64,000 nt of DNA. Origin: Carcharhinus longimanus (taxonomy: Eukaryota). Under the pieces are notes generated by a model, which worked only from the letters and a program-made list of their open reading frames with translations, did no database searches and was not told the DNA's origin. Both the position numbers and the translations under genes were made by a program. Location: contig JASCQW010000027.1 of the NCBI GenBank assembly GCA_030264375.1, forward strand, positions 73,979,277 through 74,043,276, written 5' to 3'. Shown piece by piece: positions 1 to 11,367 of the stretch. The stretch's first letter is position 1, and each line of letters opens with the position of its first letter.

Positions 1-268
1 AAACTCTCAACCATTTCTACTTCATCCTCATTGATGTAGACAGGGCCATGCCCTCCACTACACTTCCTGAACTCAATGACTATCTCCTACATTTTGTTGA
101 CATTGAAGGAGGGATTATTGTCATTGCACCAGTTCACCAGATTTGCTATCTCTTTCCTGTACTGTGTCTCATCATTGTTTGAGATTTAACCCAAAACAGT
201 GGTGTCATCAGCAAACCTGAAAACCGAGCTGGAGGGGAATTTGGCTACACAGTCAAAGGTGTGTAAGG
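1..268 (-). mobile_element. Rex1/Babar-type LINE reverse transcriptase fragment
   Basis: Minus strand reads RFADDTT...LVNWCNDNNPSFNVNK.EIVIEFRK, degenerate. Confidence 0.75.
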
Positions 269-740
269 GGGCCACCTCAGCACTTGAGAACATAATCTCA
301 ACTGTCACCCAAGTAAAGTAATGAGAAAGGGATGTATTGCACCCTTTTGTGGAAAAGGCATTGTTTGCCAGTTCAAATGTACATACACAACCCTATGTCA
401 TAATTTGAGTAAGATGTTGTCCTAATGACCTGGTTCATAGTCTTCCCTCAACCAAAAACACCTAAACTGGTTAAACGGCTTTTTATCTCATTTGCTGTTT
501 GCAACATTTGAACATTTGGTTTTCTATTCTGGCAGAATTGTAGAATGAAATTGCTGCATAACCAATTATATTCTTGGAATCTCTTGCAGTAAAACTAGGA
601 TTTAACTTATTTTGTTAATTAGTTAACCTGATTATTATAGAATTGCAGCCTTTTTGTATGTTGTGTTCAAGGCATCATAAACCAGTGTCTTGATCATAGA
701 TTATCAATATGGAGATTCTGGTATCAAACACTATACCGTA

Positions 741-1028
741 AAGACAGGTGACTCATTTTCCCCCACAACAGAGAGTTGTGACAATGCTCTCTGAGAGAGG
801 CCATACTCTGCATTTTTGGAGAAGCCTGGCTCAGAAGACCCAACAAGAAATGTGGAGCAGTATTCAGGCTTGGAAACATTCAAGCACACAGCAATCTAAT
901 GACAATTGCCACTTCACAGATGATCCAGGCCAAGATGTTTGGTCTTGATGATTGTAAACACCTGGAAGGCACAGTCCTTTTTAACTAACATTAGCACCTT
1001 CATTTCTTTTGTCCATGTAACCGTTGAG
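741..1028 (+). repeat. Direct repeat copy 1 (~290 bp)
   Basis: Aligns by eye with 2037-2327, e.g. gagttgtgacaatgctctctgagagaggcc and ctggaaggcacagtcctttttaactaacattagca. Confidence 0.9.
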
Positions 1029-1231
1029 TTAAAGAGTAGCTACAATAATTTTACAATAAAAGACAAATAAAACACTGGATTACAAAGCTCTTTAGGTTAT
1101 AGAGCATTTAAAAATATTGTGATGTTAAAAGATGTCAAAGTCACCTATATTTGGTATGAAACAGTCACTTGCGAGTATGAAACTTGAGTACGGTTGAAAT
1201 AATCTTATGCTAAAGCTTTTCAGCCTGCACT

Positions 1232-1400
1232 CATAGAAACATGGAAAATAGGAATGGAAGTAGGCCATGCAGCCTTTTGAGACTCCTCCACCATCCATTA
1301 TGATCATGGCTGATTATCCAGCTCAGTAACCTGTTCCCACTTTCCCCCCATATCCTTTGATCCCTTTAGCCCCAAGAGCTGTATCTGACTCCTTCTTGAA
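1232..1400 (-). mobile_element. CR1-clade LINE 3' tail
   Basis: catagaaacatggaaaatagg...gtaggccat...gatcatggctgat is the reverse of the CR1 3' end seen elsewhere in the window. Confidence 0.7.
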
Positions 1401-1404
1401 AATG

Positions 1405-1815
1405 TGCATTCCTGAATGACTATCATCCGGTGGCTCTGACATCCATCATTATGAAGTGCTTCAAAGGGTTAGTCATGGCAAAAATCAATTGCTGCCTGTC
1501 AGACTTCCTGGATCCACTACAATTCGCCTTTCGCCACAACAGGCCCACAGCAGATGCCATCTCATTGGCCCTACACTCAACCCTGGAACACCTAGATAAT
1601 AAAGACATCTGTGTCAGAACTCCTATTCATTGACTACAGCTCAGCCTTTAACAACATTATCTCCAAATTGCGTGCCTGACGCTCAGCTCCTTTCTCTGCA
1701 ATTGGATCCTGGACTTCCTAACCCAAAGACCACAATCAGTAAGGATTGGCAACAACGCCTCCTCCACGATCATCTTCAACACCGGTGCTCCGCAAGGCTG
1801 TGTCCTTGGCCCCAC
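1405..1815 (+). mobile_element. Rex1/Babar-type LINE RT fragment
   Basis: [10 protein letters not shown]...[33 protein letters not shown], then frameshifted DYSSAFN and [11 protein letters not shown]. Confidence 0.85.
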
Positions 1816-2036
1816 CTACCATTTTGCCCACCCGCCATCTCGCTCATCTTTCAACACATTCACATGCCACCCTCTCCACTTGCATACTTACTCAGCCATC
1901 CACTTACCTCACACACCTACCACTTCCCACTTACCTCACATACTTACCACTCTACCATTCACAGATTCATCCATTTATCCACTCACTAACACTCAAACTA
2001 GACCTTTAGACTTATCGTACGGCAGCTGGTGCTGTC

Positions 2037-2327
2037 AAGACAGTGGTGGCTCATCTTCTCCCAACACTACAGAGTTGTGACAATGCTCTCTGAGAGAGGC
2101 CGTACTCTGCATTTTTGGAGAAGCCTGGCCCAGAAGATCCAATAAAAAATGCAGAGCAGCATCCAGGCTTGGAAACGTTCAAGCACACAGCAAACTAATG
2201 ACGATTGCACTTTGCAGGAGATCCAGGCCAAGGTGCTTGGTCTTGATGATTGAAAACATCTGGAAGGCACAGTCCTTTTTAACTAACATTAGCATCTTCA
2301 TTTCTTTTGGCTTGTAACCCATTAAGA
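2037..2327 (+). repeat. Direct repeat copy 2 (~290 bp)
   Basis: Diverged duplicate of 741-1028. Confidence 0.9.
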
Positions 2328-3559
2328 TTATCAACTGGAGTGTAACATCATTTTCAAAATCATTTTCAAAGCATACACTGAATTTCTTCCTCTGCATCAA
2401 CTTCCTGTGAAAGCTTTCAGAAATTGTTGCAACATTGACAGAACTCAATCAGTCAGAAACCTATTACAGCCTTCCTCTGAGAATTGGGATGAAATTTTCC
2501 AGTGGATGGATAACAATTTCACAAATTTTAATATAAATCTGACATATTTTGCAATATTTAGAACAAGTGCCTCTCTCAGCTGATGGCAACCCCAAAGTAA
2601 ATTTCTGGGATTTCTTAAGGACAACAATCCGAATAGATCATTTATTACCAGTTAGTTGTCTTTGGCAAGTTTGTTTTCAGGTTGCTGATAGCCAGACAAA
2701 TCCAAAGTCTCTGGGAATATGAGAAACTTGGAATAAAAATAAGTGTTCAACCCCTCATGGCCTGTTCTGCTTTCAGTTAGATCATTAGCTGATTTGTATT
2801 TTAACTCCATCTAACCACCTTGGTTCCATAACCCTGAACATTCTTGCACAGCAAAAATCGATTAATCTCAGCCCATAAACCACATTTTAAGGAGAAAATT
2901 CCTGATTTTCATCATCCTTTCTGTGAAGAAGTGCTCGCTGGCATCATCCATGAATAAGTTAGTTCTAATTTTGTGTTCTGCCTCCTCGTTCTGACGTCTC
3001 CCATCAAAGAAAATAGTGCAGAGAGAGAGAAACTATCATGTCCTTTAGTCATGTTAAGCACCTCAATTAGGACCATAATCTTATGTAGTCAAGACAATAC
3101 AAAACTACTGAATGCAACCTGTCCTCATAACTTAACCTTTGAAATTCTGTGATCATTCTGGGCCTCATTTAATCTACTATGAATGGAATTAATGGTCAGA
3201 CTACCAAAAGAGATGATTGCCTTTTTTGTGGACTACAACACTTGCCAGGGTTGCATATTGGGAAATCACAGGCATGTGGTTTCTGAAAGATGGTTTCAAC
3301 ACAGTTAATCATTATTAATAGCTGAAATTGTGCGTGGAAACTAAATAGTAATGACATATTACTTTTGATTCTTCCTCAGTAGTTTCACTGTGACTACTTT
3401 TACTGTATATCTTTAAAGGGGAAGTATATTGTATTGCACTTCCCTATTATCCAAAATGCTAAAATTTATGAAACATGTAGTTATAGTCCTGGCATTCTTC
3501 ATTTGTCACTTGTACAATTTTAAACTGTAGCTTAAAAGCAGAGTATTTAAAGCATTCAT

Positions 3560-3790
3560 TTATGGAATGTGGTTGTCACTGCTAGGCCAGGATTTACAGT
3601 CCATCCCTAATTGCCCGTGAGAAGGTGGTGCTGTGCCACCTTCCTGAATCGCTGCAATTCCTGTGGTATGGGTGCACCAGGGAGGGAGTTCCAGGATTTT
3701 GACTCCACAACAGTGAAGGAATAGTGATGTATTTCCAAGTCAGGATGGCAAGTAATTTGGTGGGTAACTTCCAGCTGGTGATTGAGAGCT
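3560..3790 (-). mobile_element. CR1-like LINE 3' end
   Basis: Minus reads SKSWNSLP...LQRFRKVAQHHLL; related to 51490-51690. Confidence 0.65.
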
Positions 3791-4419
3791 GCAGAATGCA
3801 ATTTTATGTAACATCCTGGTATTGCACACTGGTGAACATCATGAATCAGAACCATCCTTTGAAGTAGACACACTCCCACTGCAAATCTGGGTCTGACCTT
3901 CCCCAGCAGTTTCCTCATGCAGGGCACTGATGTGAGTGGAGCTTCTTCTCAGCCTAGACAAGGATCACAATGCGGAGGAGGTCTGCTCAGCCACAGAGGA
4001 GAAGCAGAGTTTTCCATTCTGGACACTACGTTGATTGGCAGGAGGGAAATTTAGCATGATTCCCACTAGGTTCTTGCAGCAGATTGACAACTTTCAGCTC
4101 ATTATTTATGCATCAATGAATTGTGTGGCAGGGCGAGCTGGGATTGGTCTGTTCTGTCGTTACCTCATAGGGTCAAAGGTCTTATAAGATCATCAGACAT
4201 GCAAAGCGTTACAGTCGACAGAGATCTCACACACTATCAGTCAAAGGGACATCATCACTAATTGTCTCACAGACACTTTAGCATCTTCATCTCCTGTAAC
4301 ATCTTGCACATGTGTGTCTTCAACCCTTACTGAGCAGCACTCAGCACACACAGCAGGCATGCATGCTTACTATCTGCTTTTTTATCCATTGTGCTCATAG
4401 TCTATCCATCTGTCTTAAT

Positions 4420-5100
4420 CCAGGGTAAGATTGCTCACAGTAAGAGGGAGGTATCCCAGACCAGAGGAGAGCTGCTGGAGTTGAGGCCACTCACCTCCAA
4501 TGAAGGCGAGGAATGGATCGGGCTGGTGAGGACAGAGACTGTTCCCATGAGGAAGGTGTGATCAGCATCTCCCAGCAAGATCATAAAGGTCCATGCAGTA
4601 GGCATCGGCCACCCGCAGACAATGACTATGGGTGTTCTTCAATGTAAGTGACTGTATAACCAATGACTAATTATCTCTTCTCTCCATTACAGCCACCATC
4701 AAGAAAAGGCAGAGGGACACTGCCAGCAAGTCCATGAGCATGAGTGCTGAGAGCACCTTGAATGAGGATCCAAAGGATGCATCCACAAAGCACTGTTGCA
4801 CTGTTCACCTGCAAAAAAATGGATACCTAGTTCTCAAGCAAGATTAAGGTCGCTATCTGATGAGCACAGCACAGAAACACATCCACAGCAGGTGGAGACA
4901 GTTACAGCCAAGGGTCTGATACTTGGACAATTGCTAGAGGTCAGGCCCTTGCTGAGTCCAGGGACAATGATGAGTCTCTGGAATTGGTCCAGGGAGAAAT
5001 GTTGGAGACACAAGGACAGGCAGGGGACCATCAGGCAAAACGGTCAAAGGCCATTACCAGATTAGAACAAAAAAAGCTGTCCATCCACGTTTTGTTTGAC
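4420..5100 (+). mobile_element. Degenerate PIF/Harbinger Myb/SANT-protein gene remnant
   Basis: After acceptor ttaatccag: GKIAHSKREVSQTRGELLELRPLTSNE resembles the EKxAHNxRExxxTGGG...RPLT motif of Harbinger Myb/SANT proteins; second acceptor at ~4692. Confidence 0.45.
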
Positions 5101-7730
5101 AGAAACATGGAAACATAAAAGCTCGGAACACAGCCCTTTAACTCTTTGAGCCTGTTCCACCATTTAATATGACAATGACAGATCCGCCATATCATCATCA
5201 TACTCCCATGCTCTCCTCATACACCTTGACACCTTCGGAGTCTAGAAATCTATTTCCTTCTTTAATTATTCTGTGACTTGGTCATCTCCACAACCTCCTG
5301 TGGTAGTAAATTCCATAGGCTCACCAGCTATTGAGTGAATAAATGTCTCCCTAGCTCAGTCCTAAACGGCCTTCCCCACATCCTGAGACTGTGACCCATT
5401 GTTCTTGACCCCCAGCCAGGGGAAACATTATCCCTGAATCCAGTCTGTCCAGCCCCATCAGAATTTTATGCATCTTAATTAGATCCCCTCTCATTCTTCT
5501 AACCTCCTCTGAATACATGCCCATCGACCTAATCTTTTGCCAGGAAGCAATCCTGTCATCCCAGGAATCAGCCTGGTGAATCTCTGCTGCATTCCCTCTA
5601 TGGCAAATATATCCTTTCCTCGATAGGAGACAAAACTTGCATACAATGCTACAGGTATGGTGTGAAAAGCTCTGTACAGCTGCAGTAGGACATCCTTGCT
5701 CCTGTGTTCAAGTTCTCCAGCAATGAAGGCCAACATACAATTTGCCTTCCAAACTGCTTGCTCTGTCTGCATGCTTGCTTTCAGTGACTGATGGATAAGG
5801 ACACTTTTACATCCCTGTTTCTCGATCTATCACCATTTAAATAATACTTTGCCATTCTGTTTCTCCATCTAGTGTGGATAACTTTGCATTTATGCACATT
5901 ATCCTGCATCTGCCATATATTTGCCCACTCACTCAACTTGTCTAAATCAACTTGAAGGCCCTTAACATTCTCACCACTTATATTTCCACTAAATTTTGCG
6001 TCACCAGCAAACTTGGAATTATTACTTTCGGTTCCGTCATCCAAGTCATTGATATATATTGTGCTTGGCTGAAGCTGAAGCATTGATCCCTGTGGGACCT
6101 CACTAATCACCACCTACCACACTGAAAAAGACCCATTTATTCCGACTCTGGTCCTCGTCTGCTAACCAATGCTAAAGCCATGCCAATATGTTAACCTCAC
6201 TCGCGTGTGTTTTAATTTTGCACACTGACCTCTTACTTGGCACTTTAAGTTTTCTGAAAATCCAAATCTGAAACACCATATTGACTGGTTCATCCTCATC
6301 TATTCTATTACTTACATCATCAAAAAAAATTCCAGTAGATTTGTCAAACATGATTTTCTTTTCATAAATCCATGTTAATTTTGTCTACTTGTTATTATTT
6401 TCTGTATCCTTTATCCTTTATATTCTGGTGAGAGGTTAACTGGTCTGTAATTCCCTGTTTTTTCCCTCCTTTTTTAAATAGCAAGGTTACATTTGCCACC
6501 CACCTTGCCTGGACTGTTCTAGAATCTACAGCATTTTGCAAGATGACAATGGAATGCATCAATTATTTCCATGGCCAGCTTCTTTAATACCCTGGGATAC
6601 AGATTATAAGGCCTTGGTAATTTATTGGCTTTCAGTCCCATTCATTTCTCCTGTACTATTTTTCTTGTAATATTAATTTCCTTCAATTAGAAATATGTAG
6701 AAACCAGAAACATTCCTCCTTCTCACTTAGCATTCCTTGATTCCTTAGCATTCCTGGGAAATTATTTGTGTCTTCCTTTGTGAAGACAGAACTCAAGTAG
6801 TTGTTTAATTGTTCTGCTACTTCCTTTTTTTTAACGTAAATTCTCCTGTTTTGTACTGTAACGGACCATTTGTCTTCACTAATTTTTTTTCTTTTTCTAC
6901 ATTTGCAGAAGCTTTTATGTAACTTGCAAGTTTACTCTCATAGTTTTATTTTTTTCCCTCTTAATCAACCTCTTTCTCCTCCTTTGCTGAAATTTGGACT
7001 GCTCCCAATCCTCAGGCTTGTTAATTTTCTAGCAACTTTATATGACTCCTCTTTGGATCAAATACTATCCTTAATTTCTTTTCTAAGCCATACGTTGGAC
7101 CATTTTTCTTGTGTTTTGCACCAGGAAAGAATGTATAACTATTGCAATGCATACATTTGTTTCTTAAATATTAGCCATTGCCTATTCATTAATGAAGTTC
7201 CCCAATTGACCTTAACCAACTCACAATTCATACCTTCATAGTTTCCCTTGTTTAGATTTAGGACTTTAGTTTCAGATCGGACTTCTTCACTTTTCATCCT
7301 AATGAAAACTTCTATCCTGTTATGATCACTGTTCGCTTAAGGATCCTGCACAACTAGATTATTGATTAACCCTCTCTCATTGCATAATACCAAAATCTAG
7401 GAAAGCATGTCCCCTAGTTAGCTACTCAATCATATTGTACACACTCCTTTGCCACAGTATTGTTGCTAATTTGGTTACCCATTCAATATGTAGATTAAAG
7501 TCTCTCATGATTACTGTACCACCCTTGTTATATGTACCTTTATTTCCTGTTTAGTGACATCCCCTACCTTACTGCGGCTGTTCGGTGGCTTATAAACAAC
7601 TCCCACTAATATTTCCCATCTTGTGTTTCTTCTTAACTTTACCCAGACTAATTCTACATCCAAATATTCTGAACCAGTATCCTCTCTCACTATTGCACTC
7701 ATTTTATCCCTCGCCAACAATACCACCCCT
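5101..7730 (-). mobile_element. Long degenerate CR1 LINE (endonuclease to RT to 3' tail)
   Basis: ELVWVKL...LVGVVYKPPNS (endonuclease); SEVPQGS...IYINDLDDG..SKFAGDAK...LQVDLDKLSEWA (RT); KANCMLAFI...QQRFTRLIPGM. Many stops and frameshifts. Confidence 0.9.
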
Positions 7731-8325
7731 TCTCAAAGAACAAAGAAAACTACAGCACGGGAACAGGTCCTTCAGCCCTCCAAGCCTGGACCGACCATGC
7801 TGCCCGACTGAACTAAAACCCCACATTCTTCCGGGACCATATCCCTTTATCCCACATCCTTTTCACGTATTTTTCCAGACGCCCCTTAAAACTCACTATC
7901 GTATCTGCTTCCACTATCCCCCTGGCAGCAAGGTCCAGTCACCTACCACTCACTGTGTAAAAAACTTGCCTCATACAACTCCTTTAAACCTTGCCCCTCA
8001 CACCTTAAACCTGTGCCCCCTAGTAATTGGCTCTTCCACCCTGGGAAAAAGCTTCTGACTATCCACTGTCCATAATCCTGTAGACTTCTATCAGGTTGCC
8101 CCTCAACCTCCGTCATTCCAGTGAGAACAAACCAAGTTTCTCCAACCTCTCCTCATAGTTAGTGCCCTCCACATCAGGCAACATCCTGGTAAAACTTTTT
8201 TGTAAAAGATATCTCCAAAGCCTCTACATCCTTCTGGTAATGTGGTGACCAAAATTAAACACTATATTCCAAGCGCGGCCTAACTAGGATTCTATAAAGC
8301 TGCAACATCACTTGCCAATCTATTC
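7731..8325 (-). mobile_element. CR1 LINE 3' portion
   Basis: caaagaacaaagaaaactacagcac tail followed by RT C-terminal sequence on the minus strand. Confidence 0.8.
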
Positions 8326-8414
8326 TAACTAATGAAGGAAAGGGTAACCAAGTGCATAAGCAAATACAAAATTGTTAGAAAGAACCAAAATAGCTTTCAG
8401 CTTTTATGATTGCC

Positions 8415-8580
8415 AAGCAAGGTGGTTGAGATGGACACGCTGGGATCGTTTAAGGCTTATCTAGATAGCCACATGAACAGACTAGGAATAGAGGGATACA
8501 AACGAATGGTCTGGTTGGGCACATGAGCAGCGCAGGCTGGAGGGCCAAAGGGCCTATTCCTGTGCTGTATTGTTCTTTGT
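8415..8580 (+). mobile_element. CR1 LINE 3' tail
   Basis: tttaaggcttatctagatagccacatg...gggccaaagggcctattcctgtgctgtattgttctttg. Confidence 0.75.
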
Positions 8581-9572
8581 AAATACATACTGATGGGGGG
8601 AACAGGGAGTTGCAAATGATAAACAAAAATTAAGTAAGTGGGTGAAATTTTGTTCATAAACTCCATTAGTGAAGTGCAAGAGAGCAGAAATTAATCTTTC
8701 GATTGCATAAATCTTTGGTCAGACACCGTCTGGGGTACTGCATTCAGTATTAGGCAATCATCTCAGGAAGGATAGCTTAACCTCAGAGAGGGTACAGTGC
8801 AAATTCAATAGAATGATACTTAGGCTTAGATGGTTAAATTAGGATGATAATTTGTGTCAACCTAAATTTTATTTACTCGGGCACAGAAGTTGGAAATGAA
8901 TACGAACAACCAGTATTGACTACAAGGTTGTATTTCTCACTTGAGTAAAGGTTATTCACTTAAAATTTTTAACTCAGTTTTACTGCCTACAGATGTTGCC
9001 TGATTTGTTGAACGTATTTACAGCATGTTCATTTTTTTAGATTTCTAGTATCTTCATAGTTTGCTTTAAAAATTTTACTCTGGTAAACTGTTGGAATTCA
9101 GTGGCCACAGCATATTTAATCTCATCACACGCTTTACTTTATCCAAGTATGTAGGTTTGGTCAATTTAGTGAGCTAATTTTCTGATCTCAACAATTAACA
9201 GAATAAATCGTCAATTAAAACATTACATTTGGAAATATCCACTGAATTAATATATTGTACTCTAAAAAATGCCAGAGGAAAATGTTACAGTCCAAAAATG
9301 AGAGTTTTAAAAGCCAGAAAGAAGTATTTAAATTTACTCAAGAGTTTTGAGGGCTTTATTTGGGCAAATTAACAGCTGCTTAGGAAAAAGATGCCTATTC
9401 TTAGAGCACCTTTCACAACCATCAGATGTCACAGTACATTAAAGACAACAAAATACTTTTAAAAGTGCAGTTATTGTTGCGATGAGGGAAATTCAAGGCC
9501 AACTTATACACAGCGAGCTCTCACACCAAGAAAAAAAGTGGTAATAACCAGGTCAATTCATTTTTGTGATAA

Positions 9573-10062
9573 GGCAGTATAGTGGGTAGCATTGCCTCCT
9601 CAGCGCCGGGGACTCGGGTTCAATTCCAGCCTCAGGTCACTATCTACGTGGAGTCTGCACTTTCTACCCATGTCTGTGAGGGTTTCGTCCGGGTGCTCCA
9701 GTTTTCCCCCCTACAGTCCAAAGATGGGCACAGTCAGTGGTCTCACACAGGACTCACTTGATGAAGGAGCAGCACTCTGAAAGCTTGTGATACCAAATAA
9801 ACGTGTTGGATTTTAACCTGGTGTTGTGAGACTTCTTACTGTATGCCCACCCTGGTCCAACACCGGGATCTCCACATCATGGTTAGAGTCCAAAGATGGG
9901 CGGCTCTAGCGGATTGGCCATGCTAAATTGCTGCTTAAGTGTCCAAAGATGTGTAGGTTATGGGGGATTAGCAGGGTACATACGTGGGGTTAGGGCCTGG
10001 GTGGGATCATTGTGGAGGAGTCGGTGCAGGGTCGATGGGCCGAATGGCTTCCTTCGTTCTGT
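9573..10062 (+). mobile_element. HE1-type V-SINE interrupted by a Penelope-like fragment
   Basis: tRNA-like head (agtgggtagcattgc...ggttcaattcc), V-domain gggtttcgtccgggtgctccagttt, CR1-derived tail. Confidence 0.85.
9730..9886 (+). mobile_element. Penelope-like element terminal fragment with 15-bp target-site duplication
   Basis: agtccaaagatgggc is duplicated at 9715-9729 and 9887-9901; the insert contains ttgatgaaggagcagcactctgaaagc and aataaa. Confidence 0.75.
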
Positions 10063-10418
10063 GTTGATTGAGGAAGGGGATATTGGGCAGGGCACAAAGC
10101 TAACTCGCTCTTCTTGGAAATGGTGCCGGGGAAATCGGTTAAATCCGCCGGGGGGGAGGATTGGGTTTAACAACTGATCCCAACGCAAGTTTTAAACCCT
10201 GCGTGAAAGGTGATGGTGACCCGGGTGGCTGGAGGGGGGGAGAGACAGTGAGAGTCTCGGATAAACAGGCCACCGCCGCCGCCATCTCCTTTGAACGGGC
10301 CCTTCGCAGTTTAAATAACCCCGATCCCCCCTCCCCGGGGCCATTCGCACACTCACCGACAGCGGGTCTTTTCTCTATCTCTCCGCCGTCCGATTTTTCT
10401 CGCTCCCGTTTTTTTTTC

Positions 10419-10450
10419 CTTTTTCCCGCCGCTCGCGCAATCGCGCCGAG
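10419..10450 (+). ncRNA. Putative short non-coding first exon with TCT/5'TOP start
   Basis: cCTTTTTCCCGCCGCTCGCGCAATCGCGCCGAG|gtgagt fits the TCT initiator YCTYTYY and ends in a perfect donor; no ATG. The start position is inferred. Confidence 0.55.
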
Positions 10451-10903
10451 GTGAGTATACCCAGCCGCGTTACACTCTCCGCACTTTCCACACGCACTGC
10501 CTGCCTCAGATTCGGGGGGCGGCAAGCAAAAAATCGATTCGCTGCTTCTTGTTTGACTTTTTTAAAAAAATCACGGAAATAATCTGATGATAGGGAGCGG
10601 ATAAATCAGCAAATCGGTGCAGTTGAAATAAACAGTGAATGTGCCGCCGGGCCCTGGTCTGACCGACCTTGTGTGTGTGTGGAGTGGGTGGTCGGTTGAA
10701 GAGAGGGGAGGCGGCGGTTACTTCGAGGATCGCGGCCACCAACTCTGGGCCTCAAGGCCGCAGCAATGAACCGGGACCAAGGCCTGTCCGCGCTGCTGAC
10801 AGTTTGCGACCATGTGTGCGAGCCGGTGACGGAGGCGTGAGGCGGGGAGGCAATGCCCAACACACTCCAGAGGCGCTGCGAACCAGCACCTGGTGTTTCC
10901 CAG

Positions 10904-10953
10904 ATTGATCCACTCACTGCCGCCATAAAACAGTTTGCTGATCACGTTAGAGG
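10904..10953 (+). ncRNA. Putative non-coding exon 2
   Basis: Acceptor ggtgtttcccag|, 50-nt ATG-less exon, donor AGG|gtaagc. Confidence 0.5.
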
Positions 10954-11335
10954 GTAAGCGCTCTTTAACTCGTAACGGTGCAAACAAAGACTTAAGGTTT
11001 GAGAATTTTATTCCCTGTCTCTTATATTTTGAGTATCTTTGACTGACAGCTGTTGCTCAAACTGAGTATGGTGAAATTAGCCTTTCTTACGATACTGGAC
11101 AATTTGCATTGTCTGTATCTTGTCGCTGCCAGGATTCAGCACTTTAGTAAAAAGTTGTACAATCATTTGAACAGTTAAGTTCGTCTGGTATCACTGCATT
11201 TAGAAGAAATATGTTTACTGCTCTTTTTGATGAAGGGGAGTATTTCTCTTCAAAAGATATTACACGTGTATGTTTTGCCAATTATTCCAATTGCAAAAAT
11301 CTGTCATAAAATAAGAGTTTCCTCTTTCTCTGCAG

Positions 11336-11367
11336 GAATAGAAGTCTTTGCTATAAAACAATTTTAA
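11336..11367 (+). ncRNA. Putative non-coding exon 3 (3' boundary uncertain)
   Basis: Strong acceptor tttcctctttctctgcag| at 11335; weak donor AA|gtaaac. Further strong acceptors at 11589 and 14004. Confidence 0.35.

Larger units (their letters stand above)
9395..10200 (-). mobile_element. DeuSINE (SacSINE1-like) remnant split by a V-SINE
   Basis: 9395-9570 and 10063-10200 join (ttttgtgat | gttgattgagg...tattgg) into the element also seen at 46380-46676. Confidence 0.55.
10140..10985. promoter_or_regulatory. CpG island / promoter
   Basis: Abrupt GC- and CpG-rich segment in otherwise CpG-depleted AT-rich DNA; YY1-like gccgccatct at ~10278; pyrimidine-tract initiator at ~10418; consensus donor GAG|GTGAGT at 10450/10451. 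Confidence 0.85.

Noticed and set aside
10584-10662. C/D-box-like spacing CTGATGA...CTGA in intron 1
   Set aside because: Non-canonical C box, no terminal stem and no recognisable rRNA antisense element.
10139-10987. Several 76-128 aa ORFs in the CpG island
   Set aside because: Expected in GC-rich DNA; low-complexity translations without homology.
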